From positions 24,552,001 through 24,616,000 of the forward strand of contig NC_043021.1 in the NCBI RefSeq assembly GCF_006345805.1: a stretch of DNA of 64,000 nucleotides, read 5' to 3'. The position numbers and the translations under genes are program-made. The notes beneath the pieces were generated by a model. The model was given only the letters and a program-made list of their open reading frames with translations. It did not search any database and was not told the DNA's origin. This DNA is from Octopus sinensis. Its lineage: Eukaryota. Within the stretch, counting starts at the first letter, position 1. Every line of letters starts with the position of its first letter. Shown here one piece after another: positions 11,035 to 23,684 of this stretch.

Positions 11035-12922
11035 ACTTCCAATCTAAAATATCAATATTTTAAAATAAAAAATAATAATTTAAAATATTAAAGTATTAAT
11101 GAAAAATATAAATATATAATCCATATATAACCTATATATAATCCATATATAATCAATATATAAACAATATATAAACTAAAATAAACTATCAACAATTAAA
11201 TATAAAATATAAAATATAAAATAAAAAACAAACAAAAAATAATAATAATATAATAATAAACTATATATACACCCATACACATATAACTAATTATATATAA
11301 CCATATCTAACTACATACACTAAATCACACACCTATATATATATCCCTATACATACACATAAAAACGTCTAGGCAACTATAAATAAATAAAATAGCTAAA
11401 TACTTCAACACAATACTTATTCATACTCCCACACACACACATACAACCCACATTCCCGCTCTAGAAACGGACATCACTTAAAATTATGAACGGAGAAATG
11501 GAATAAATGGAATTAAAATTATATTCACTTGGTAAAACGAACACTACTTAAAATTATGAATGAAACAATGCAATAAAACAACAGACATCGCAAATAGACA
11601 CAAATTACTACGAATTCCTTAACAACCTACCATGATAAACCAAAACTCATAAAACATATAATTATAAATCTCCCTTTACTAATCTCTATAACATACCTAT
11701 ATAGCAATCCCCCTAACCTAAACATTCACACACAAATACACACACGTAAACCACAGATCCCACGACATATACAAATACCCACACCACTTACACATACCTA
11801 TACATACATATAAACCTCAACATATACTCCAAAAACCACTCAACCCCACACAGACAAATAAACACATACATCCCCAAACCTAAATAGCAAACCCATAAAC
11901 ACATTCACACACAAATATACATACGTAAAACACACACCATATACATATACATACTCACCAAACTCGACATATAACAACATATATTAATACACCCACATTC
12001 ATACAGATAAACAAACTACACACCAAAATACGCACACACACACACACACAATCCACATACATAAACACTCTCCAAGAAAAACAACATTATTACACATAAT
12101 ACGATATATAAAATACATCGTAAGTAACCAGAATATCAAAAATAATAATATGACATAAGGAGAAATAATATACATACTTTCAAGTCAGTTTCAAATTATG
12201 AAGTGAAATTAAATTCTAATCCGTTAAAAACATCAAACCAAATTACGTTACCATAGGAACATAACTTATGTATAAAAAGAATACGCGCTATGGAAGCAAA
12301 CCTCACTTAAAATTATGAATGGAGAAATAGAATAAATGGAATTAAAAATTATATACACGCGGTAAACCAACATTATTTTTAAAAAATTATGAATGGATTC
12401 ATTTATAAAACTACCATGATAAGCTAAAACTCACAAAAACATAAATGATAAAACCTCCCTTTACTAAACACTATAACATACTTATATAGCAATCATTATT
12501 AGAAGTATCTCGAAAATTATCATTTAAATCTTTATCACTAATATTATAAAATTTAATATTCCTATTATAACCTGCCCCTCTAAGGGCCTCATTATAATAA
12601 TTAGCATGTTTATTAAAAATCTCTATATCATAAGAGAGTAATGAAACTACGTTTACTATATTATTAATCAACGATTTTTTAATAGAAGGTGGCGGTTTTT
12701 TTTGACTATTTATAAAATTTATGTATTATTCTAAGCTTTCCTTGTTTGTTTTGCAAAATAGTGGTTTTTGTCTCTAATAATATTTTATAATATTTTACTA
12801 TAAATTGGATGTAATCCATAAATCTGATTTTTTCCTGTAAAATTGGATTTATCCCTAATATTTATTATTTTTATAATATTGATAATTTGTATATTGAGTG
12901 TAATACCTCAATTTCGTAAATT

Positions 12923-15417
12923 ATGGATTTTACAGGTAAGATAGAACCGCTGTTTTTTGGGATTCATCTTTGAAAGATATTCCTATTCCTTCTAGAAAGG
13001 AATTTATCTTGAAACTTGTTAATAATGTTAAAGATTTTATTTCTAGAATTAAATGGAAAGCTTTTTACTATAATTTTTATTTATTTAATGATATTGATAG
13101 TAGGAATGATAATTTTACCTCTAAATTTAATCTAGAAAGGAACCTCCATTTAATAAAGAATTACAATTACTGAATAGTATATGGAAGGTGGTAAAAAATA
13201 TTGAATTCCATAAATACCCAAATAGAAATAATGAATATTTAAGGAATTTAGCAATTAAAATAAAGATATGAGAAATATGGATGGTATTATAGTACAATCT
13301 GATAAAACAAGGAAACCTATATAAATTAGATGTTAAATTATATGATAAACTATTAGGGAAAGAAATAATTAAAAAATATAAATTGTTCCAGATGATATTC
13401 TTTATAATATTAATAAGGCCTCTAAAGTAGTAATGTTAAAATATGAGTTGGATATAAAACTGAACCTTATGAACCTTTGCACCCCAGAATTACTCTTAAG
13501 ACCATAAAGATAATTTTTATTCAGACCCTAAAGTTAGATTAATTTGCCCATGTAAATCGGACCTAGGTAAATTAAGTAAATTTATTTTGAGAAATATATT
13601 GATAAGTTAAATAAACTTAATTATTTAAAATTATGGTTTAGTAATAATAATACATTGAAATGGTTTAATAATATTAAAGATAAAATCGTTATAAATTTAT
13701 TCAAATAGATATAGATAATTATTATTCTTCTATTAATGAAATTGTGTTTATAAAGCGCTTATTTTCGCAATGAATAAAGTGGGTATGTCACGGGAAGAAG
13801 TTAATGTAATTAAAATGGCTAGGAAATCGCTAATTAAATATAAAAATAATTTATGGGTAGGAATGATACTAGAGATTGTTTTGATATACCTATGGGAGCA
13901 CCAGATTCTGCACAGGCTACTGATTTAGTAGGTATTTTTCTTTTATCTGAACTCCATTAGAAAATCTTAAGATAGAGGGTGGTTTATATAGAGACGATCT
14001 TCTACTAGTTACAAAGAATTGTACTAATAGGAATCTAGAAGTATATAAGAAAAACATATAGTTTCTTTAAAAGATATGGTTTAAGTATTACTATATATAA
14101 GGAGAATTATAATGTTAATTATTTAGATGTTAATTTTAATCTTATTACAGGTAAAACACAACCATATCATAAACTTAATGAGAACCTTAGATATATAAAT
14201 GTTATAGTAATCACCCATTTTCTATTAAAAAATCGTTGATTAATAATATAAGTAAACGTATTTCATTACTCTCTTATGATATAGAGATTTTAATAACATG
14301 CTAATTATTATAATGAGGCCTTAGAGGGGCAGGTTATAATAGGAATATTAAATTTATATATTAGTGATAAGATTTAAATGATAATTTTCGAGATACTTCT
14401 AATAATAATATAATTTTGTTAGGTTTAGTGGTAAAAATAATAGATATTATAAAAAAATAATAAAAATGATAAAATATATAATAAGAATAATAATAATAAT
14501 AATAATATAATAATAATAATAATACAAATAAGAATAATAAAAATAAAAATAAATTTATAATTATTATAATAATTATATTGATAAATTAATAATATTAATA
14601 ATTCCTTAAATGCTGTACATAGATATAATTCTGATAATAATTTTAATAAAATAAAGAATTATAAATATATTTATAATAATGATAATAATAATAAGGTTAA
14701 TAAGAATAAAATTTGGTTAATAGTTCCTTATGGAGATCAAGTAAAAACGAATATTATTAAAGAGATTTTAGATGTTATAGAACTATTTATTAGAGATATC
14801 GTAAATATAGAAACATTTTCTCTTTTAATAATTTTGGAGTAGGTTATTCTACCACTAATAATGTTGGTAACATTATTTCTTCATTTAATAAATATAAACT
14901 GAATAATTTTTATAAAAAGAAATTATTTGATAATAATATTAATAATGATAAGACTTTTTTATTAATTGTACATGTAGAGATAAATCTAATTGTATATTAA
15001 ATAATAATTGTGATATTAACGATGTAGTGTATAAATGTATAGTTACATTACATGATAATAACTTCAAGAATAATAATTACCCAAAAGCGGTTTATATAGG
15101 TTCTACTTCCTCAAAAATAAAACTAAGAATCGCACAACATATGAATTCTTTAAAAATAAAAACTTAATCACTCAACCGGACTTAGTAAGTACATTTGGAG
15201 TCTTAAATCACTAAATATTAATTATAGTTTAATTTGGGAAATAATTTGTAAAACTAAATCATATACTATAGGAGCTAATTGTTGTTATTTATGCTCTAAT
15301 GAGTTTAAAGAAATTTTATTTTATAAGTATGATAATTTACTTAATACTGGTGAAGAGCGTAAAATAAAATGCAGACATAAGTTACTTTACCTATATAATA
15401 AGTTTCATGATAAATAG
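12923..15417 (+). pseudogene. PLE polyprotein: reverse transcriptase + GIY-YIG endonuclease, multiple frameshifts
   Basis: Motifs in order: SLKDIPIPSRKEFILKL..RIKWKAF (~12966-13070); FIQIDIDNYYSSINE (13696); FDIPMGAPDSAQATDLVG (~13880); GLYRDD (13981-13998); YLDVNF; SNHP; IWLIVPY; CTCRDKSNC..VVYKC; VYIGST (15093); CYLC; KCRH (15367). Stop TAG at 15415-15417. Indels sit mainly in homopolymers. Confidence 0.92.
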
Positions 15418-18400
15418 CATTAATAGTTCCCTATTAGGTTACTTTAGTTTAGTTTAAATTAGTTTAGATAATTATATTTATTTGGTTATGTAGTCTAGGC
15501 TTTATTATAGTTAGTCTTTATTGATATTTCTTTGTTTTAATTAGTTCATTTTTAATGTATATTAATATAACAGTTTTATGGTATGTTAAAACTTTAATAA
15601 TTATATTAGATTTTTTATTTTCTTTATTTATATATTTTTTTTATTTTTATTTTTATTTTATTATGTATTTTTATTATGCATTTGTTATATGCATTTTGGA
15701 GGATATATTTATATGTTGATGGGTGTTATTTAGTGGTGTATTTATGAGTTTTTATGTATGTGTGAATGTTTACGATCCCTTTGTTTTTTCTTTTTTATTT
15801 GGTATGTTGAATTGACAGATTTTATTTGGTATGTCTGTTATAATAAAGTACACACCACCCATAACAAATATAAAGTGCCCCCACTTCATTCGCGCGTACC
15901 TGGAATTGCATGTGAGCCTCAACATATACACCAAACGGCCACTCCCGCCCCACACGGACAAATAAACACATACATCCCCAAAAATGGGCGTAATCCCACT
16001 CACACCAATCATATATGTATACAATTATACACACTAGAATAATACATAACTAACCCAAATATACAGAACATACCAAAAATCACCAACAAACCACCATCAC
16101 AAATGAAACCCACACCCATACAATGACAAAACTCCCCCCTCCATACCCAATTTACACCCACATAGCAATCCCAATATATTCATCCATACACGGACGCACG
16201 TGCGTGAAGCACATGCACACAACAAATACGTACAACCCCCCAATACACACTCATATACATACGTATCAAGCTCGACATCCACAGCAATACGCTTACACCC
16301 ACTCACACCCAGATGGGTGAACTGCACAACCAAGGAACGCACACACACACGTGTGCGTATTTTGATTGTGCAATTCGCTCATCTGCATGTATGCGGGCGC
16401 GATTACACCGTTGCACATATCGAGCCCAACTAGCATGCATATGTACATGTGAGGGGGTACACGCACATGCCGTGCGCGTGTACCCCCCGCATTTATACCC
16501 GTGCGTGAATATACACATGGAGACTACCACACAGGTACAAATGTGTATAGTAAAGGGAGCCCCATCACTACACTCAATGTATACTCTCACCCATCCGCAC
16601 GGATGTGAAAGCGAATCACCGGTGTATATATTGAGGCTAATACGTAGCGCTGTGGAGGCGAACGTCGTTGAAATTGTGAATGAATGGGTGGAGTTGGGAA
16701 TTGTAACCGGGTGGTGGGCTAGCGTTGCTTAGAATTGGGAATGGAATAGTGTAGTAGTAAGGCAGGCATCGAGAATAGACTTGGGTTACTGCAAATTGTT
16801 TGTTAGAGCTGCTAAGATGAGCTAAAGCTCATAAATGTATATAATAATTTATCATGGTAGTTTTATTAAAGAATCCATTCATAATAAATTTTTTTAAGTA
16901 GTGTTGGTTTGCCACGTGGATATAGTTTTTAGTTCCATTTATTCTATTTCTCCATTCATAATTTTAAATGACGTTTACTTTCCATGGCGCGTATTCTTTT
17001 AACATAAGTTATATTTCTATGGTACGTAATTTTGGTTTTTTTTGATTTTTAACGGATTAGAATTTCATTTCACTTCATAATTTGAAACTGACTTGTAAGT
17101 ATGTTTTTATTTCTCCTTATGTGTCATATTGTTATTTTTGATATTCTGGTTAATTACGATGTATTTAATGTTTTTTTTCATTGGAGTGTTTATGTATATG
17201 AGATTGTGTGTGAGTTTTTAGTTGTATAATTTATTTATCTGTATGAGTGTGGGTGTGTAAATATTGTTGTATATTATCGGTTTAGTGAGTATGTATATGC
17301 TTATATATGTGAGGGAGTATATGTATCTGTTGTGTGTGTGTGTTTTTTGCGTGTGTGTGTGTTTGTGTGTGAATGTGTATATGGGTTTGTTATTTAGGTT
17401 TTGGGTTGTATGTGTTAATTGTCTGTGTGGGGAGGGAGTGGGTTTTTGGTGTATATTGAGGTTTATAAGTTAGTATAGGTATGTGTGAGTGAGGTTGGGT
17501 ATTGTATAAGTCGTGGGTCTGTGGTTTACGTGTGTGTATTTGTGTGTGAATGTTTGGTTAGGGGATATTGCTATATAGGTTTGTTATAGAGTTTAGCAAA
17601 GGGAGATTTTTCGTTATATGTTTTAAAGTTTTGGTTGACTCTTATCTTAGGTTTCGTCATATGCGTTGGATTTTTAACTGAGGGATTATTTTTGTGTACT
17701 TATTCTATGTCTCTTTTTGCCGAGCTAGGGGGACATGCTTGTCAGTTGTAGTGGATATACAGTATTATTACAGACAGTTTCTTTGTCAGTTTCCTCTACT
17801 TCCCCTCACTTGGGTTATCATGTTGCCCAAGATGCTGGGACTTGAGAATTGGTTGTTGGCTACTTCCCACACTTTTTTTTAGGGAATTCGTGTAATTTGT
17901 CTATTTCATGTTGGTTGTTTTACCAAAGATACCATTTTTTACGTTTGTTCATTCATAACTTTTGAGTGGTGTTCGTTTTGCCACGTAATATTATTTTTTA
18001 TCCATTTATTCCATTTCTCATTCATTATTTTAAAAGATTCGTTTCCAGAGCGGTATACTTTTTATACTATGTTAGTCCTTGGTACGTATTTTGTTTGGTG
18101 TATAGTTTAGGCTATATGTACTTGTTGGGTGTGTGTGAGTGGGGTGGGTGTTTTGTATTTTGTTATGGTGTGTGGTTTACGTGTGTGTTTTTGTGTGAAT
18201 GTATAGGTTAAAGGGATTGCTATATAAGTATGTTATAGTGTTTAGTAAAGGGAGGTTTTATCATTTATGTTTTTGTGAGTTTTAGCTTATCATGGTAGTT
18301 TTATAAAAGAATCCATTCATAATTTTTTTAAAATAATGTTGGTTTACCGCGTGTATATAATTTTTAATTCCATTTATTCTATTTCTCCATTCATAATTTT

Positions 18401-19688
18401 AAGTGAGGTTTGCTTCCATAGCGCGTATTCTTTTTATACATAAGTTATGTTCCTATGGTAACGTAATTTGGTTTGATGTTTTTAACGGATTAGAATTTAA
18501 TTTCACTTCATAATTTGAAACTGACTTGAAAGTATGTATATTATTTCTCCTTATGTCATATTATTATTTTTGATATTCTGGTTACTTACGATGTATTTTA
18601 TATATCGTATTATGTGTAATAATGTTGTTTTTCTTTGGAGTGTTTATGTATGTTGTGGGATTGTGTTGTGAGTGTGTGCGTATTTGGTGTGTGTGTAGTT
18701 GTTTATCTGTATGAATGTGGGTGTGTTAATATTGTTGTATATGTCGAGTTTGGTGATATGTATATGTATATGGTGTGTGTTTTACGTATGTATATTTGTG
18801 TGTGAATGTGTTTATGGGTTTGCTATTTAGGTTTGGGGATGTATGTGTTTATTTGTCTGTGTGGGGTTGAGTGGGTTTTTGGAGTATATGTTGAGGTTTA
18901 TATGTATGTATAGGTATGTGTAAGTGGTGTGGGTATTTGTATATGTCGTGGGTGTGTGGTTTACGTGTGTGTATTTGTGTGTGAATGTTTAGGTTAGGGG
19001 GATTGCTATATAGGTATGTTATAGAGATTAGTAAAGGGAGATTTTATAATTATATGTTTTTATGAGTTTTGGTTTATCATGGTAGGTTTGTTAAGGAATT
19101 CGTAGTAATTTGTGTCTATTTGCGATGTCTGTTGTTTTATTGCATTGTTTCATTCATAATTTTTAAGTAGTGTTCGTTTTACCAAGTGAATATAATTTTT
19201 AATTCCATTTATTCCATTTCTCCGTTCATAATTTTAAGTGATGTCCGTTTCTAGAGCGGGAATGTGGGTTGTATGTGTGTGTGTGGGAGTATGAATAAGT
19301 ATTGTGTTGAAGTATTTAGCTATTTTATTTATTTATAGTGCCTAGACGTTTTTATGTGTATGTATAGGGATATATATATAGGTGTGTGATTTAGTGTATG
19401 TAGTTAGATATGGTTATATATAATTAGTTATATGTGTATGGGTGTATATATAGTTTATTATTATTATTATTATTATTTTTGTTTTGTTTTTTTTTTATAT
19501 TTTATATTTTATATTTTATATTTAATTGTTGATAGGTTTATTTTAGTTTATATATTGTTTATATATTGATTATATATGGATTATATATAGGTTATATATG
19601 GATTATATATTTATATTTTTTCATTAATACTTTAATTATTTTAAAATTATTTTTATATTTTAAAATATTGATATTTTAGATTGGAAGT

Positions 19689-19732
19689 CCACCTGAAGAT
19701 TGTCGATCAAGACAGAAGAAACATTGTAGTGG
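19689..19732 (+). ncRNA. Hammerhead ribozyme, right-arm copy with small indels
   Basis: CCAC CTGAAGA TTGTC GATCAA GACA gaa GAAAC ATT GTA GTGG. It is the same motif as 10992-11034, with indels in stems II and III. Confidence 0.7.
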
Positions 19733-19829
19733 CGGTTTTTTTGACTATTATTAAAATTTATGTATTGATTAAGTCTTTCCTTGTTTGTTTTGCAAAATAG
19801 TGGTTTTGTCTCTAATAATATTTTATATA

Positions 19830-19890
<61 letters not shown>

Positions 19891-19892
19891 AT

Positions 19893-19926
<34 letters not shown>

Positions 19927-19929
19927 ATA

Positions 19930-20856
19930 TATATAAGAATGAATGTTTTTATATATAATGAACGTGAAATACAGGAAGGGACGAACACGGAACACAGACA
20001 AATCATTCGAAGCCTTCAATCTTCAGTCAGACACCGAATCATCATAGCAAATTTCGGCTGTTCAATTCTGATATTTGCTCCAACTCGGCCAGCCCCAAGA
20101 AAAAAAAACTAAGCTGTAAGCATTAGATTTCTTGGTAGAAGACAGGAATGTGAACGCACAAGACGGATGTGAATACAAGAGACGAAAACGAAATTGAAAA
20201 CAGTAATGAATAAACAAAATATATAACGGTGGTTGTCATACGACTTTAGACCAAATGAGACAAAGCAACAACAACAACAACATAGCTGGCGTAGAAATAA
20301 TTACCGTTTCGGTAGCCGGGGGACACATGTTGGTCGAGATACGGGCCAACAGAATGGGTTTAGAAGCAGCAGGTCGCAGGAGAGAGAGAAAGAGAGACAG
20401 AGAGAGAGGGAATCAAAGAGGGTGGAAGGCAGGGGACAGAATCAGTGACAAGAGAAAAGGAGAAAGAAGGGATAAGGAGGATGGGAGGAAGAGGGGAGGA
20501 GGATGGGAGGAAGAGAGGGGAAGAATCGGAGGGCGCCAAAAAAGTTTGGTGAAGAAGCAATGGCGGGTAGTAAAAGACAGTGTGTATAGAAGTCGTGCAG
20601 GGTTTAAAATTGGACAAACAAACGGGGGGGGGGTGCACGTAACGCCGCATAATATAAGAATGAATGTTTTTATATATAATGAACGTGAATACAGGAAGGG
20701 ACGAACACGGAACACAGACAAATCATTCGAAGCCTTCAATCTTCAGTCAGACACCGAATCATCATAGCAAATTTCGGCTGTTCAATTCTGATATTTGCTC
20801 CAACTCGGCCAGCCCCAAGAAAAAAAACTAAGCTGTAAGCATTAGATTTCTTGGTA
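19930..20856 (-). mobile_element. Probable PLE remnant with ~205-bp direct terminal repeats
   Basis: 19930-20136 is repeated almost exactly at 20651-20856 around a purine-rich interior. TA repeats lie on both sides and there is no coding motif. Confidence 0.6.
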
Positions 20857-22303
20857 TATATATATATATATACACACACACATACGTATTTATATATTTT
20901 TATTCTATCTTGCACATTTGTTAAAATTCCATCTCTGATCGGAGTCATGTTTGCATATTGAATAACTAGGTCTGTTGTTTCTCCACATTACATATTTATA
21001 TCATTCGTCTGAAGTTACTCGTGAGCTTTTCTAAGTTCAAACCTCTACATTCTGAGAGAATTTCTAATCAATCGTCTTCCTCAAAACTATTATACACACA
21101 CATATATGTGTATATATATATATATAATCTCCCCCTTTATCTGTACATATATACTTACACATATGAACATTTATATGAACATGTATAAGTATATTTACAT
21201 ATACTTATATATGCGTATGTATACAATCTATATACATACACACACTAACACACACACACACACCACGCTCATACCTATCTATATTTTACACTGAAGTACG
21301 TATATGTTGTCCAAATATTATTCATACTGTTATGGATTCTTCAATTCATCCGAAATATAAAGCTTCACCTCTTACGATGAGAACTCTGCTAACATTCTTT
21401 ACACTCAACCAGAAAAATCACCCTTTCTTTCACGTCTTTTCTTGTTTTTATTCTTTTTAATTTCCTCTTTCAATCTCAAATCGTGTCATAAGTTGGGTTT
21501 TTTTCTGTAGATCGATTCCTTTACTGATAAATTCGAAAACGTGCTTTTGAAAGGCATAAACATGTTTGAAGATTACTCGTGCCAGGAAAATTCTTGAACC
21601 TTGGCTTTCCATTGATATATTTCCCTTTATCGCAATCTATATCAGTTTTGCATGCTTAATGTATCACCGTTAATGTATTGGATAGCTTTGTGCACCGCAT
21701 ATTTTCTATGTTGCTCGCTCACTTCTTAGCTAGATTCCACTTGGCTCTGATACAATCTTTGTGTTTGTTATCGTTTTACTTCCGTATTAATAGCTGGCTT
21801 CGGTATTGGGCGTATCGCAGTATTTGTCCAGCCTAACTTCAAATTTACTAATTGTAACAAACATGCACCAATATCGCCCATGTTTTGTGATGTATTTCAT
21901 CGTTGTTAACCAACTTGACCTAAGTACAGACATCTCCAGAAATTCCGCAGCGCCTAGATTTTCCGACAAGTTACCACGATAGGCGTCGACTTTTTAAACA
22001 CTAAAAGTTAACAAAACGTTCCCTATTTATGACGATCTCCTGCTGCTTAAAACAAGGAGTCCAACACCCGGATATGTATTTGACCCGAGAAGGTTTGAAT
22101 TGACTTACAAGCAACACGGAGACCTAGATTAGTATATGAACTGGTGGCTCTTCAGTTGACTTTCAGATAATATATCTACCTGACCAAATATCGATTATTT
22201 CGATCAAAATTTGTTAGAAAATAAGAAAAGGTGGTCAAGAGACTTCATGTCTTATTAATAAGGTTACTCAATCCTTGTAATAGCAAAAAAAAAAACACAC
22301 ACA

Positions 22304-22348
<45 letters not shown>

Positions 22349-22779
22349 ATACATATGAAGCCGGGTATAAAGTTTAATACCATAAATCTTGAGAAAACGA
22401 TTGATGTTTTTCAGCGACCAGACACGTTACTTTGTCTCGCTTTCCAAATGAGATTGATCGCTTCCTGCGGCGCTGGTATTTGTCTGGTACGAATAACGTT
22501 TAACATTTCTAAGATGTTAATCAAAGAATACGCGTCTCGGAATATCATAGCAATTTTCTTTTAGTTCATAATTATACCAAAGACATGACATACACGCAAA
22601 ATGAGCATAAAGAACTTTGCATATTTGTTTTCAAACATACATGCAAACAACCCCCAAACGTGTGTCTGTGTGTGCGCGCGTCTGTATGTGTGTGTGCGTG
22701 CGTGTCTGTGTGTGTATGTTTATGGAGGTAACTCGTTAATTATTTCTAATGCACTTTTTCCTAAACATTCTTCTCTGAT

Positions 22780-23160
22780 GTTAGCGGCGTGCGCATTACC
22801 TGACGTTGTCCCACTGTAATCCTTTTTGTCACATGCCTAGACATGATCTCCCCCTAATCACTACGTCATAGAATGGGGGAGGAGTAAGTTGTGTGTGTGT
22901 GTGTGTGTGTGGTGTGTGTGTGTGTGTGTTGTGAATGAGTGTGAGTGCGTGCGCCTGCAAGTGTATGTCATTATTTCTAAAGCACTTGTAATATTTTTTC
23001 CCCATTTGGCAGGAAATTAGCTGCGCCCGCATCATGTGGTAGCCACTACGTCACGCATTGCCTTCCTGTTGTGTCACGTAACCTGCCGTTAATCATTCTG
23101 TTGGAAGTGGAAACTTGAGATGTCAATGAATTGATCATTGTTATTACTGTAACGGTGAGT
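22780..23160 (+). promoter_or_regulatory. Candidate promoter / non-coding first exon
   Basis: CpG-containing unique stretch with CRE-like TGACGT/TACGTCA at ~22801, 22862 and 23047, TCACGT at ~23076, ETS-like CAGGAA, and a good splice donor ACG|GTGAGT at ~23155. Motif evidence only. Confidence 0.3.
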
Positions 23161-23520
23161 ATCTCCTGACTTCTCTCCGTTGCAAACCAAACAGGTCGCT
23201 GAATAAAGTGTTTTCTTTGAACTGAGGGAGTCTCAGAAGCCGACATTTATGAAATGCTTTCAGCACAAGTTCCACCGTTACAGACTCTCGTCGAATGTAG
23301 AGAAAAACGCTAAAACGGTTACACACATTATATAGATAAGGAAGGAGGTGAATGTCTAAGAATTTCTTGTGGTGACGATGGCACTGAACGAACAAGATTC
23401 TGGAGAAGTGATGCCATGTTGTCTACAAAGTGGTGACAATTTGCAGGTTATTCCTCGTCCTCTTAATCTTCAACAGTAAATATAAACACACACACACTCG
23501 CGCATATATATATATGTGTG

Positions 23521-23555
<35 letters not shown>

Positions 23556-23557
<2 letters not shown>

Positions 23558-23630
23558 TTAGAGATAAAACCACTATTTAATCCTAAATCTAATTTTTCCC
23601 TGTAAGTTTGGATTTACTCCCTAATATTAT

Positions 23631-23632
<2 letters not shown>
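23556..23632 (+). mobile_element. Miniature tip of the large PLE family (inverted piece + sense 3' end)
   Basis: aattagagataaaaccactatt is antisense to the 19800 region. It is followed by taatcctaaatctaatttttccctgtaagtttggatttactccctaatatt, the sense 3' tip matching 12810-12870. TA repeats lie on both sides. Confidence 0.8.

Positions 23633-23684
<52 letters not shown>

Larger units (their letters stand above)
10815..19830 (+). mobile_element. Large Penelope-like retroelement (C-terminal GIY-YIG, Hydra-clade-like) with inverted pLTR arms, inserted in (TA)n
   Basis: Full RT+EN ORF at 12923-15417. About 10905-12494 is the reverse complement of 18215-19825. Hammerheads occur in both arms, and TA repeats flank both ends. 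The clade call rests on recalled SLKxIPIPS / RxKWKAF / KCRH motifs. Confidence 0.9.

Noticed and set aside
12930-12945. Donor-like CAG|GTAAGA just after the PLE ATG, suggesting an intron
   Set aside because: A single indel in the following T-run joins the ATG to SLKDIP in frame, and there is no acceptor evidence.
20010-20050. CTGAAGA...CGAAT on the minus strand as a hammerhead (also ~20730-20770)
   Set aside because: It has GAAT instead of GAAA, with no stem I partner and no valid stem III.
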